Shown here in pieces: positions 49,786 through 62,573 of a stretch of 64,000 nt of DNA. This DNA comes from Tubulanus polymorphus (lineage: Eukaryota; Animalia; Nemertea), in the NCBI RefSeq assembly GCF_964204645.1, contig NC_134030.1, positions 13,118,857 to 13,182,856 on the forward strand, read 5' to 3'. Under the pieces are notes generated by a model, which was not told the DNA's origin, did no database searches, and saw only the letters and a program-made list of their open reading frames with translations. Numbering within the stretch: the stretch's first letter is position 1; every line of letters begins with the position of its first letter. A program made the translations under genes and the position numbers.

Positions 49786-50862
49786 ACTAGGGGTCCTGGG
49801 ACACTATGTTCACTTGGGAAGTGGTTTCAAATGCTCAACAATTTCAATATTCAACGCCCCGTGGTGACCATATGCAAAACCCAATGACCTTGAATATCAC
49901 GACAATCATAGAACACGTCATGAACTACAGCTTTGCAATTGATCATGGTAACAAAATATGCCTAGGTACCAATCTAATAAGGAAATACTAAGTTATTCTA
50001 CTATTCAACGCCCCTGGTGACCATATAGAAAAAACTAATGTCCTTAAAACTCACCACAATCATAGACGATGTCACGAGCTACAACTTTGCAATAGATTGT
50101 GGTAACAAAATATGTATAGGTACAAATATAATAAAGAAATACTGTATATAGAAGAAAGAAGTTATTGTATCATTCAACGCCCCCTAATGGCCATATACAA
50201 ATACCAATGACTCACCAAAATCATAGAATACGGTATGGGCTACAACCTTCCAATCGATTGTGGTAACACAATATGATTAGGTATCAATATAACTTTTTCC
50301 CACCTTTGAATGAGTAGTGATGACACCAAGATGGCCGCCAATTGCGCCATAATTGGCTGATTAAATATACCTGTCTCAGGTATAAAACATTCCTTTCCAA
50401 AGAATACCCATCGGCATCCTCGCTTGCCAGGGGTCCGGTATCACTCCCGAACTCGCTTCCACCAGCCCCCTGGCCTCACGAAGCGTGATTTCATTACTGG
50501 CGCTGTTGCGCGTGACGTCATATATCGATTTGCGAAATACTTCCTTGTTCGGTAAAACGTTCGCTAATTGGTCAATTTAACGGGAAAAACCAACAGAAGT
50601 CTACTGACGGTTTGTTACAAGCGCTGTGATTGGTACGACCGGATTCTGGTCGGCTAGTAACGACTCCAACGACTCGTGAGGTCAAGGGGTTCGGGGAACA
50701 GCTTTAGCGTAGTGGGTTCGAATCCCTTGACGGGTGAAGATGACCCATCAGAAATTGCAATGACAAATGGCAAACCTACAGGAACCAAAATCCCGGCCAT
50801 AATTGACATTTTTGGGCACTAAAAAGGTCATAGAACGGCCAAAATGAGTCAGATTGGGGGAT
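49786..50862 (-). mobile_element. Helentron/DINE-1-like element with ~150-170-bp internal tandem repeats
   Basis: AACTAGGGGTCC... is the reverse complement of the 33216 end; three units starting ATTCAACGCCCC at ~49849, ~50003 and ~50172. Confidence 0.7.
50415..50742. mobile_element. Non-autonomous DNA transposon, 9-bp TSD (MULE-like), copy A
   Basis: Short TIR CATCCTCGC / GTGAAGATG; TSD ACCCATCGG / ACCCATCAG; inverted copy at 54164-54449. Confidence 0.75.
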
Positions 50863-50863
50863 T

Positions 50864-50864
50864 C

Positions 50865-50899
<35 letters not shown>

Positions 50900-50939
50900 C
50901 GCGCGTGTGCGTGTATGTATGTATATATATGTTTATATG

Positions 50940-51019
<80 letters not shown>

Positions 51020-51560
51020 TGTATGTATGTATGTATGTATGTATGTATGTATGTATGTATGTATGTATGTATGTATGTATGTATGTATGTATGTATGTAT
51101 GTATGTATGTATGTATGTATGTATGTATGTATGTATGTATGTATGTATGTATGTATGTATGTATGTATGTATGTATGTATGTATGTATGTATGTATGTAT
51201 GTATGTATGTATGTATGTATGTATGTATGTATGTATGTATGTATGTATGTATGTATGTATGTATGTATGTATGTATGTATGTATGTATGTATGTATGTAT
51301 GTATGTATGTATGTATGTATGTATGTATGTATGTATGTATGTATGTATGTATGTATGTATGTATGTATGTATGTATGTATGTATGTATGTATGTATGTAT
51401 GTATGTATGTATGTATGTATGTATGTATGTATGTATGTATGTATGTATGTATGTATGTATGTATGTATGTATGTATGTATGTATGTATGTATGTATGTAT
51501 GTATGTATGTATGTATGTATGTATGTATGTATGTATGTATGTATATATATATATATACAC

Positions 51561-51659
<99 letters not shown>

Positions 51660-51665
51660 TTGGCC

Positions 51666-51764
<99 letters not shown>

Positions 51765-51805
51765 TGACCGGTGTATATATATATATGCATGACCGGTGTA
51801 TATAT
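50864..51805. repeat. Compound (TA)n/(TATG)n microsatellite
   Basis: Direct reading; explains six low-complexity ORFs. Confidence 0.98.
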
Positions 51806-53983
51806 ATCATTATTGGGATTGGGATGTGTAGCAATCTAGAGCCTTATTATTCATTCAATCATATTATTAATTATTAATATTATATCATAATATGCTTATC
51901 ATATCAGATATCTACTTATTTTCCGTTCATCTTGTCTTATCATGTATTATCTATTGCATTGACCTAAGTAGATGTTCACAATACCTAAGTATTATAATTT
52001 TAGTGTATTGCATTGTATCGAGTTATTATCATTTAGGTATATCATGATTTTGCCCTTTACTTATAACATACATGTATATTTTTCTCGAATACTTGTATTT
52101 TCCTGAGCATGAGGTATCTACATAGCTTTACATTTAACGTATTTGTTTATTTTTTTATCTGATGTACTTTTTGACTTTGTAAGCGTATTCCTTTATGTGA
52201 TATAATTCTTGGTGCTCTTTTAGATGGTTTGGATTCTCTTTTTGCTTTCGGGGACGAAAGCCTGCTGAACGTAGTGGGGGAGGATGTAACAACACTAAAT
52301 TATTATTTACGATTTCTCCTGTTTTATTGAAGATTTATATCACATATTGGGCATCACTTTTATCAGTATGAAATAACCATTTCATACATCATATTCAATT
52401 TCATATTATCTGACTTTTTGAATATCAACTATTTAGTAAATCAAAACAGTCATACTCAAGCAGAGCTGACTCGTCTTTGTTTACAATACAACTCCGATAG
52501 AAAGTGACATCTGACTCGAGTGTGTTTTTATTAGAGTTAAAGGAAACTACTTCAAACAAAAATCAGTCCATTAGTGGACCAAACTATTAGGCAAACTTTC
52601 ACCTATGTAAACACCACTGTAGCTTGGTTTCTACCCACCAATCGTTTGCCTGGTCCAAGAAGGCGGAGCCAAAACCGAGAAGGTCCAGCATAGACCGTTT
52701 TGGATCATTCTGGTTTTGGACTCTCAATAATAAAGAACGACTATTATATATCATCGTGTTTTTGGTCTTCTTGGACATTACAGGTAAGCAAACCGTATAA
52801 CTTGAGTTAAGCAATATTTGTACTAAACTAGTAGTACAGTGTATATCTTTTAGGCAGATTAGTTTTTGTTTTGAAACCTATATCATGTGGGCCATTATCT
52901 TATAAATAATATTTGTAATCGACATAATAAGACTATAATATTCATTCTGGTTTTGGACTCTCAATAATAAAGAACGACTATTATATATCGTCGTGTTTTT
53001 GGTCTTCTTGGACATTACAGGACGTTGCAGGTAAAAGGAGGACGAAACCAGGATCCCAGGCTGTGCGACTACCGTCTGACTAGATTCCCCGTCTAAGTCC
53101 TAAAGCGTTATGTTATAAATCTAAAGCGTTATTATACTAAGGTAGAAGGTCTCCAACGAGCTCCAGTTGCTCGAACATGTGCCCAGATATTGGAGTTACC
53201 AGAAACATATGACGAAAACGTCGAACTGAAACAGGAATTCGATAATATTCTGCAGAGCAATGTTTTGGTTATGGACGTCGCATAACATTATTCTAGAAAC
53301 GAAATGACGTAATCCACGTAAGTTCCATATGTTCAAAGTTTTATCAAAACGTGTTTAAGTTCTTTTGTTCAGGCCAAAAGTGCTGTGTTTATTTCTAATA
53401 TTGCCAGCCCTGATGTCGTTTCTTTTTTCATAGAATTACTTAGTGACGATCTTATTAACTATAGAAGTAATTATTTATGCAGTGCATTTAGACCAGGTTC
53501 TACAGTTCTCGGTTAAGTTTGACTCTCGAGTTAAAACATTGGAAATATTGAAAATAAACCGACTTAACTCTCGAGTCAAACCTTACCGAGAGCTGTTAAA
53601 CTTGCTCCTTATATATGTCGTTTCAAATCAGGGCATCAATCATGACCAAATACGTTTTTTGTTTGTATTGAAAACAGGGGGATTTGGGGCCGCCACTTTT
53701 CTACTGTCAAGTTATGTTTTGTCTCGAAATTGTAAGACAATCATCTTTAAGTATATATTGATATATTGTATTAAGTCGTGGATAATGTTTTAAGGCTTTT
53801 AAGAGAAACTTTGATATTTCGATTGAAATATTCAAATATCTTCACTTCGTTGCGTTTTCGTTCTTTCATGGTGTCTCACTTTCAATGAGCTGCAAATGAT
53901 TACGTAGTCCGAAAGTGTCATTGGCACGTATTCGAACACGATTGAATTATAAACTGTCAAAATTGCTTTTTCATATAGAGATA

Positions 53984-54159
53984 CATGTGGAACCTCGTTA
54001 TAACTAACTGGGATACAACGATTCTTCGGATATAACATATACAAAATTGTGTCCCACATCAGACAATTCGATTGATTTCACACAGGATATGACGAAATAT
54101 CGGTTAAAACGAACAAACTTTTCTGGTCCCCAGAAGTTCGTTGTAACGAGGTTCCAATG
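53984..54159. mobile_element. Tc1/mariner-pogo-type MITE at a TA site
   Basis: TA|CATGTGGAACCTCGTTATAAC ... GTTGTAACGAGGTTCCAATG|TA. Confidence 0.75.
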
Positions 54160-54163
54160 TATG

Positions 54164-54449
54164 CATCTTCACCTGTCGTGGGAATCGAATTCACTAAGCT
54201 AAAGCCGTGTTCCCCGAACCCCTTGACCTCACGAGTCGTTGGAGTCGTTACTAGCCGACCAGAATCCGCTGTTCCAATCACAGCGCTTGAAGCAAACGAC
54301 ATTATAGACTTCTGGTGTATTCCCGTTAAATGGACTAATCAGCGTACAAGGAGGTATTTCAGCCAGTAATGAAATCACGCGTCATGAGGCCAGGGGGCTG
54401 GTAGAAACGAGTTTGTGGAGCGATACCGGACCCCAGGTATGCGAGGATG
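54164..54449. mobile_element. Non-autonomous DNA transposon, 9-bp TSD, copy B
   Basis: TSD AGAGATATG at 54450-54458; the left copy is recovered after removing the MITE at 53984-54159. Confidence 0.75.
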
Positions 54450-55599
54450 AGAGATATGTGACTTTTCCATTAGACAACTTCTTTAACAACCGCTTCATAG
54501 AACTTTCTCATAATGAATTTAATCAAAAATACATCTTTATGAACCATACGCAATTTTATTCTGAAGTATCTTAAGAATAGCGGATACTGGACTACGCTTT
54601 CGCAGATAATTCTCCATATACATTGATGGTACATGCATTCTATTTCTGAGACACCTACTTGAGATGGGGCCGGATATCGAATTAAAACATGGGTAGTGTT
54701 AGTATGATGTATTACTAAGCCCAAACAGTCGCATGAAATCCATGAAAAATTACAATCATATAATCATGAAAATTTACAATTACATCATATCATAGATATA
54801 TTTGAATCTTCGAAATACACTAGAACAGACAACACATACACCCTGCAGGACAGATACGTATAAAAATGAGTCTAACGTGTATGCTCTCAGAATTGAGTTA
54901 ATAGCCAGTCAAGCAAAGAAGCGGCTTCTGGGGTTGATGTCGGTCCTGATTGTTGTCCCTGCCACGTTAAAAGATCAAACATTGCTGAAAAGTCCGGATC
55001 ACAGCCTCTCAATTCATTCAGCTTACAACAAAATTCCTCTCGAATTTGCTGAAGTAGTCCACAGTCCACTGGAAATTTTTAGTCTATCGTGCCTGAAAAT
55101 ATTATTTCGTATTATCAAGTAGTGATAAAAACATCGGAAACTTAGAAACCTATGCTCATTTTTATACGGCGTATTTCGTACCGTAATAATCCGGCGAGAA
55201 GTATAATAGATCAGGTTTTCCGGGTGGAACATCCACATTTCGTTGAGGCCTGATGACATGTGTATTCCACTCCTGCACGAAATCCTGAAGATCGGCATTT
55301 ATCAAATCAAAAAAAACAGTATCTTAAGGTTTGGCTGAAAAATATTGGAGAAAGGGGAATTACTGCGTGGATCGCCAAACGCTTTAAAGGCCGGTATTAA
55401 ACCTACATGTGCACAACGTCCACGGTACATAGACTTCCATTTTCCTCCATATCTTTAAATATGTTATCCAAAACTGGACAACTTCATTTCGAAGACTTCG
55501 CCACCATCGTTCAATGCTCTTAAAACAAAGAAAAATAAAACAATTGGTGAGTTTTAAAATATCTCAAGTTGGTACTAGCCCAGAAATGGAGATTGTCCA

Positions 55600-56330
55600 A
55601 ATCTACCTATATTAATGACTCCTCGTAGATCTACCCACAAGAACGCGCGTTTCGTCGTCATATTCTGCTCTAAAGGCCTTCTGAATCGCAGCAATTCTGC
55701 CATTTTCGCTTCCAGCGTCCATACGGATGCAACGAGGAACTGCTGAATGAAGGTATAAAGATGACTGTTAGAGTATCATCTTAACCGACGATTGATAACA
55801 GATAATTTATCCCAGGCACATATAATTTCGGCATATTGTGTATCTATGTATGACTATTCTATCTACCTTCAATGTCCTGAACGAAATCTAAAAAGTACCA
55901 CGCAACCACCTCTGGGTCATTATTAGTATTTCCAACTCTTAACCAAAGGATTCGTCGGGAAAATCTTTTAAATATAGACTGTGTTTATGTACATATTCGA
56001 CAAACCAAATTCTAAGCATCCAAGAAAGCAGTTCTGGAAAAAGCCAGATTGTAAACGACACATCTCATTATTTACTATCGTTTACGTATTTACTATTCTG
56101 CTGTTGATATGTGGAAATAATATCTTTAAGCATATATAAATTATATATTATGTTTACCCATCTATACACCCATGAATCGGGAAACCAAAAGGCTTGAGCT
56201 TGTCAAAACCATCGAGATGGACACGATAATTGGGACCCTTGTTAAAGTAACGTCGTCGCCTTAAAACTCCATGGGTCCTATTCTGTACTCCTTCGAAGTC
56301 TAAATTCTGAAGAATATTGGAAACTAGAGA
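55600..56330 (-). pseudogene. Intron-containing integrase-core transposase fragment (IS3EU-like)
   Basis: LRRRRYFNKGPNYRVHLDGFDKLKPFGFPIHGCIDG, then GT-AG intron, FSRRILWLRVGNTNNDPEVVAWYF, then PRCIRMDAGSEN. Confidence 0.7.
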
Positions 56331-57334
56331 CCTAGAAGTAAACAATAATATAACAAATGAGTGAAGTGATCCAGATCTCATCTTAAAGGTCTTACATCAA
56401 TCAAATACATATTTATACGTATGCTGGCCGATTCGAAAGTTCTTTTTGTCAGGAGTAACAAAACTGATAATTCTTCAATTTGGCCAAAAAAGATTTTTCG
56501 AGAAATTAATTTTTTTTAGCGCCTTCATTTATCATGTCAGGAATTAACCGTGTAGGGAGCCACCCGATTATACATCTTACGTAGGGGCTCTTATTACGTA
56601 GCGTTGACGGAGACGTTGTGACATATAGCACGATATCCCACGCAACATCTGCTGTCAGCCAGCTCAACCAGAGAACATAATCTCAAACCCAAAAGACGTA
56701 TTTTCAATTTCTATCAGTTATAAGCATCACTTCAAACCTAACCTATTCAATTGTCGTTTGAGGTGGTGTTCACTGAAAGTTGAAAATAAACAAGACGGTT
56801 TGTCGACTGGACTAATATATTATATCACTATAAGGAGTAATATTAAATAAAAATGGTAGTGCCCATACGTAGCTGCAGACAATTAAAATCTATTCTTAGA
56901 CCATTTTAATGTAGGCCATGGAATTTTAGTGATCAATAAGTAAATGTGAATCACAAAATATTTCACCGATTATCAACTAAATTGTAATGTATGGGAGAAT
57001 TCGAATTTACATAGATACGTACGTACCTAATAGTTATTCCAAAGTTAAGTAACATGGTAATCCTCATTTCTGCATTAGTGTACCCATCTGCAAAAAACTC
57101 CCTAACAATATCATCAACTAGAGGAATCTGTTAAGATCATCAACAAGATCAACAACAGAATCGACCGTTGAGCAACTTGGTCTTTACTACGTAAAAGGAT
57201 ACAAGACCAAACGGTGTCCAACCAAGCGTTCCGTGCACGAGTACGTATGCGTATGTACATAATTTGTATGTCAGCATCTGGAGTAGACACGGTTCCAATC
57301 CTTTTACTAGCCAAAATGCAATTTCCCTTAAGCT

Positions 57335-57512
57335 GGGGGCGCCAAAACGAAAGTTCGTATTGGCGGGGGCGCCAAAAAGAAATATTCTCCGATTTGGCGC
57401 GCCAAAACGAACTTTCAGAGAAATTTCGATGTTTTTCGTTGTTTTGGCGGGGGCGAGAAAAGAGAAAATTGGACGTTTTTTCGTTTTGGCGTTTCTGGCG
57501 TTCTGGCGCCCC
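57335..57512. mobile_element. MITE-like element with GGGGCGCCA / TGGCGCCCC termini and internal subrepeats
   Basis: Inverted termini and repeated GCGCCAAAA units. Confidence 0.55.
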
Positions 57513-58519
57513 GATTTGCGTACAGGAAAATTTTCGCTATGGCCCTACAGTCACCATAGTACACTTATCAGTCAAGGAGAAATCGGTATACCAAACCTAC
57601 GTACAGCAAAATTTACAGGCCTACATCATGATTTCTGGTAGGCCTATACAAGTCGTGACCACACGAAGGTTTTGGATCTAGGCTTGAATAAAAATGTCAG
57701 CAGGTCAGACAAGGCCTTAGCAAAATGTAATCACAGGGTTCAAATCAATTAGTCGTTCTGCGAGTGAATACTTCACCGTATTGTTATAACAATATCGAGT
57801 GAATAATGCATAAACTGAATTACACTTTAGACTAGTCATGACCAAATCCTATCCATGTGATAATGGTACCAGTTATAGTACATCAGTGAAGGGCCGACGA
57901 GAGGGAAAAAGTTATGTTTGTAGTACGTAGGCATGGTAGGCTTATCGTACTTCAAATACGTCATCTCGGTCTGCAATAAATTTCATTGAATTAGATTGAT
58001 TGACGACCTCATCTCGGTAAAGTGAAAAGAGATCTTTCTACAAAAATATCCGACAAATTTTGTAAAATATGACTCCAGCAGGTATTTAATGCTGATATAT
58101 GATTTCAAGCGTTAAAATCGATAAGGAATAAATAAATATGTTATTTTTCATGTCATCTCGGTTCATCTCGGTAAATTGCGTCGTCTCAATAATAAGGATG
58201 ACCAACTGACCAACCGGTATATTGTTGTCCCAGTACGCACCAACAGGCACAGGCCTAACACGTTTTGTCAACTGTGTGTTTCGTAGTAGGCTATCGATAA
58301 TCACCTGATACTTTTCTGTCCCTTTTTTTCTCTGAAGCTGAATTTTCTGGATGTAGTCGAACGAATATTCTAGACCTGCAACTCAGCGAACTTGATTTAC
58401 AAATTTGATCAGTTCAAAAGTTATCTATTGACGCCTTTTGGTAACATGAGTAATTGGAATATCACGGGTTCAGATCAGAGGACGAGAGGACGACACACCA
58501 GTCATCACCACAAGTAATT

Positions 58520-61450
58520 TTTTTTTTCTAATAAATGGGAGATAGAAAGGTATTCTTAGCGACAATAAATAACAGAATAAAACCAGCAAAAAACAATTAG
58601 AAATAAAAAAGTAAGTCGATGTTACAAAAGAAATTGAACATAAATATTGAAATTAGAAAAGACATAAATTAAATATGGAGAGAAAGTATCAGGCAATTTA
58701 AGTTACTGTAATGTTAGTACAACGTGAGAATTTAAAGTATTTTTACCTGATAAATGGGTTTCATTGAGTACAGAGGAATTAAAAATTTTAGAAGGATTTA
58801 AAATAATTTACCATGGAAAAAATGAAGACGGGCATCATGATTTAGAAGTTGTTGATTAAATAGATTGAATATCTTAATTAAATATTAAGAACCCGAAATG
58901 ACTTATCTGGACAATTTAATTGCTCCTCATAGATAGACAAAAGTAGTGAGAAATTTAATTGATACAAAATAGAAATATTGATCAATGAATTAATTTTTTT
59001 TTGCTTTTTTCTAAAATTTCAATCCTTTTTTTATAGCGAACTTTGGAATTTCAACAGTTGTAGTTTCAGAATTATTAATATCATAAATTTTATTTTATTT
59101 TTTATACCAACTTTATCCAATCAAAATGAATACAATTACAAATCCACTAGTAAAATATAAATATTTATCAAATATTCTATTGTCAGAAGGAGTAGAAATA
59201 ACAATACCATAATCGATTTAATTGCTAATTGCCCAGACCATTCAATTTGTTTTTGAGTTCTCGGTTTTTTCTTCACAGTTAATTCCTTCAATTCTTTCGC
59301 CTCGCTCGTTTATTGTAGAACAATTTTTACTTTCAATATTTGAAAATGTTATAACTCCAGTTTTTCCACAATTTGTTACACCAGAATTTAACATATTATG
59401 AGGCTCAAATATAAATAATTCCTAATTCATTTATATATTTTTCATTTTACTTGATAATATCCATTCATTAAATTTATCTGGCCATCCAACCCATTTTACT
59501 AATGAATATTTCTTTCTTTTAACAGTTTTTGTTTTAGTACTTTTTCAATTTCATATTCCTGGTCTCGATTTTCAGTAGTTAAACTTAATTCTTCTTCATA
59601 AAAATACCCATCAACTTCTTCACCATCTAAATCTTCTAATTTATAGACATATGGTTTTGTTGCTATTACCTTTTTTAATTTATATATTTCTCTAGTAGAA
59701 TTACGATCGTATCCTTTATCAAATATCTTTTTATACTTAGAAATTCTTACATTCCGACCAACTTTAAATTTAGGTTCACCAAATCATCTATAAGAACTGC
59801 CCCATATAAATCATTCCAAATAATTTCAGCATTTTCAGGTTTTCTAGCATCAATAGGTTTCATTCCAATAGAAGAATGATAAGAATTATTATAACTTTCT
59901 ATCAATTTTGGTAAAACATCAATCCATTTAAAAGTATTATTTGCTGTATAATATTTCCACATTCTAGTTCTTAATGTTTTATAAAATCGTTCAACAACTG
60001 CTGCTTTTTTATCCGATTTTGTTGAAAAATATTTAATATTATGATAATCTAAGAGTTCATGAACTAATGAATTATCAAATTCTTTTCCATCATCAAATTG
60101 TATTTTTTCTGGTTTTAGTTTATCACCTGAAAGAAATTTTTTTTAAACTAATGATTTTTGTGCAGCATCTTTTCTGTAAAGTGGGAAACCCCATACATAA
60201 CGACTAAAAATATCAATTTTATTTAATATCCACCAATAATCATCATTATCTTTCTTAACATTTTTCATATCAATTAAATCTCCTTGCGCAATTGCCACTG
60301 TTGATCTACATAACTTACCATAGTTTTACGAGTTTTATATTTACTAACAATTTTTTATGTGTTGTATATGTTGTTTGTTCTAACATAATTTCATTTATAT
60401 CTTTATATTTAACTAAATTGTGTGGGATAATCTTATCTAATTTATCTTGTTTTACTTGGTGCCATATATTTTTCACAGAAGATGAAGCAACCGAACTCTC
60501 AGGGTTATAATATAATTTTCTTATAAGGAGTTTTTTTTATTCCTCATTTATATATCGTTCATTTTAACTTTATATTCTTAATATTGAATACTATCTAATT
60601 GAGAATTTATAATATTTAATTGCGCATCAGATATAATATAAATATGCATTTTGAAATTGTTGTCTCCTTTTTTCTTTTTCATGCATAATCGTATTCCATC
60701 TTTTGTATTTTGTAATTTTTCCCAGTAATGTAATAAATTATCTTTAGTTGTTCTAAAATCTAACCATAATGCATATCTATTGCTGGTATAAAAATCAATT
60801 TGATTAATATTACAATTTTCAGATGATTTTATTTTTTCATTCATAAAATATTTTCTAATTTCTGGCCACTGATCGATCATTCTCATTCCTGGACAAGATA
60901 TTTTATTTGCTATACCTTCAATTGTTATTTCTACTTTTTATATTTCAGGATTATAATAATTATCAACATTTATTGCACCATTAGAATATGTTGCAATGGT
61001 AAAAAATATTAATATACCTTTAATAGATCTTCTTGGAAAGTGAATATTCTCATTAATAATTTCATCATTTGCATTAATAGTTAGTTTTAAACTTATCAAT
61101 ATAAGCATACAATAATGAAAATCCTTGGTTGTATTGAGTTTGAATTATGCTAGCAATAATTTCATTAGTTACTGTATCATATTCTAAACATATATTCGAT
61201 AATTTATAACCCATATATGTTATTACACTCGATAATACTATTTCATTTACAGGTGCAAATGTTATTTCGAATATGATATATTCTTGTATAGCATATTTAT
61301 ATAAAGGTGCATTATTATTCATCAATTCAAAGTCTAATGGAATTTTATATTTACTACCATAAATCTTTTTTATCAAATTATCTGCAGCATTAGTTACTAC
61401 TGCATTATTAGCTTCTGATCTTAATTTATTTTGATTTGAGGATTGAACTC
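58520..61450 (-). mobile_element. Second, fragmentary Maverick-like element (capsid, integrase, ATPase start, OB-like gene)
   Basis: 60578-61450 closely matches 23679-24550; integrase 59430-60547 has the full chromodomain (LVKWVGWPDKFNEWI); ATPase start GVTNCGKT at ~59430-59360; plus-strand homologue of 30030-30364 at 58535-58859. Confidence 0.9.
58894..58951 (+). other. Conserved non-coding hairpin element (copy 2)
   Basis: GAAATGACTTATCTGGACAATTTAATTGCTCCTCATAGATAGACAAAAGTAGTGAGA, just downstream of the OB-like gene. Confidence 0.75.
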
Positions 61451-62573
61451 CACAAATCAGTTAATGCTGCACGCTGCAGTACAGCCCATTCGATGTGTTG
61501 TTATTCCAGGGAAATTAATGTTAAATTTTTTCTACTATGAATTATCATTTGTTTAAAAAACCAGTGCCAATATGAAAGGTCAACATGTGCTGAAGAGAAC
61601 TGTGAAATAAAATTTCGGATTGGCCCACTACTTTTCCCGTAATTTGCTAATTACTTTACCTATAAATCCGAATAGAATCGACAAAATCCACGCCCACCAC
61701 TAAAAACTTACATACATGAATATTAACATGGCTTACTATAGGTTAGTATCTAACTGAAAAGTATATGGTTATAGCTTGGGTCTGTCTATTTGGTCTGCTA
61801 GGTCAACTTTTACGATTTTTTTGTACCAAAAACCGACTGACCTATATCATGTATACACATTTTTGTAAAATGGAATAACTACCTGAAGATGACCATACTC
61901 TGCTATTAGGTTGATATGTTAGCCATCGTTTTCCGTTATATGTTTATTCATATCATTAATGGTGGGCGTAGGTTTCAGTAAAAGATTTTGACGTATGCTA
62001 AAAATAGTACAACAGTGAAACACTGCTAGGAAGGATGACGTCAATCATTATACACATAGGCTTGCTGTTCACATGTGATGCGTATAGTTCAGACAGAATA
62101 AAAGTTCACAAGACAATTATATTTGTTGTATTACCTACAACTTTAAATTTGATACAACTACTACGCATTAAAGGAATTATTTACAGTATCTCGCATAAGC
62201 AAATTAATAATATATGAGATTTCTTAGAAATTATAAGCGCTGTGATTGAACGGCAATGAGATACAGGAATGGATTTTGTTTACGAATTAGCCATTTTTTA
62301 TCCTTCTACAAATCTTTAGAATATTTTCACTTAATAATATTGAAGTAACTATTTGTATTTGTCCAAAATATTTGTTATATCCTGTAAACAAAACTCCATT
62401 CAAAATATAAAACTCCGAAATTAAAAACGAGGGAAAATTGAAATTGTTGCGAGTTGGTCGGCAACAGCTATTTGGCGGGAAATACAACTTACATAAACCA
62501 CAAACAAATGTGTTTTTAGATTTAATGTTCTCTGACTTAGGCTTTGCGTTAAAAACATGGTACATGCTCGATC

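Noticed and set aside
50700-50735. tRNA gene
   Set aside because: Only a B-box/T-arm-like piece; no cloverleaf, and it lies inside a MITE.
50748-51877. Six long ORFs of 282-330 aa
   Set aside because: Translations of the (TA)n/(TATG)n microsatellite.
58894-58951. SECIS element interpretation of the conserved hairpin (ATGA...AA...GA)
   Set aside because: The 3' GA of the non-Watson-Crick quartet is not correctly placed or conserved between copies, the apical AA is absent in copy 1, and no in-frame Sec codon is evident.
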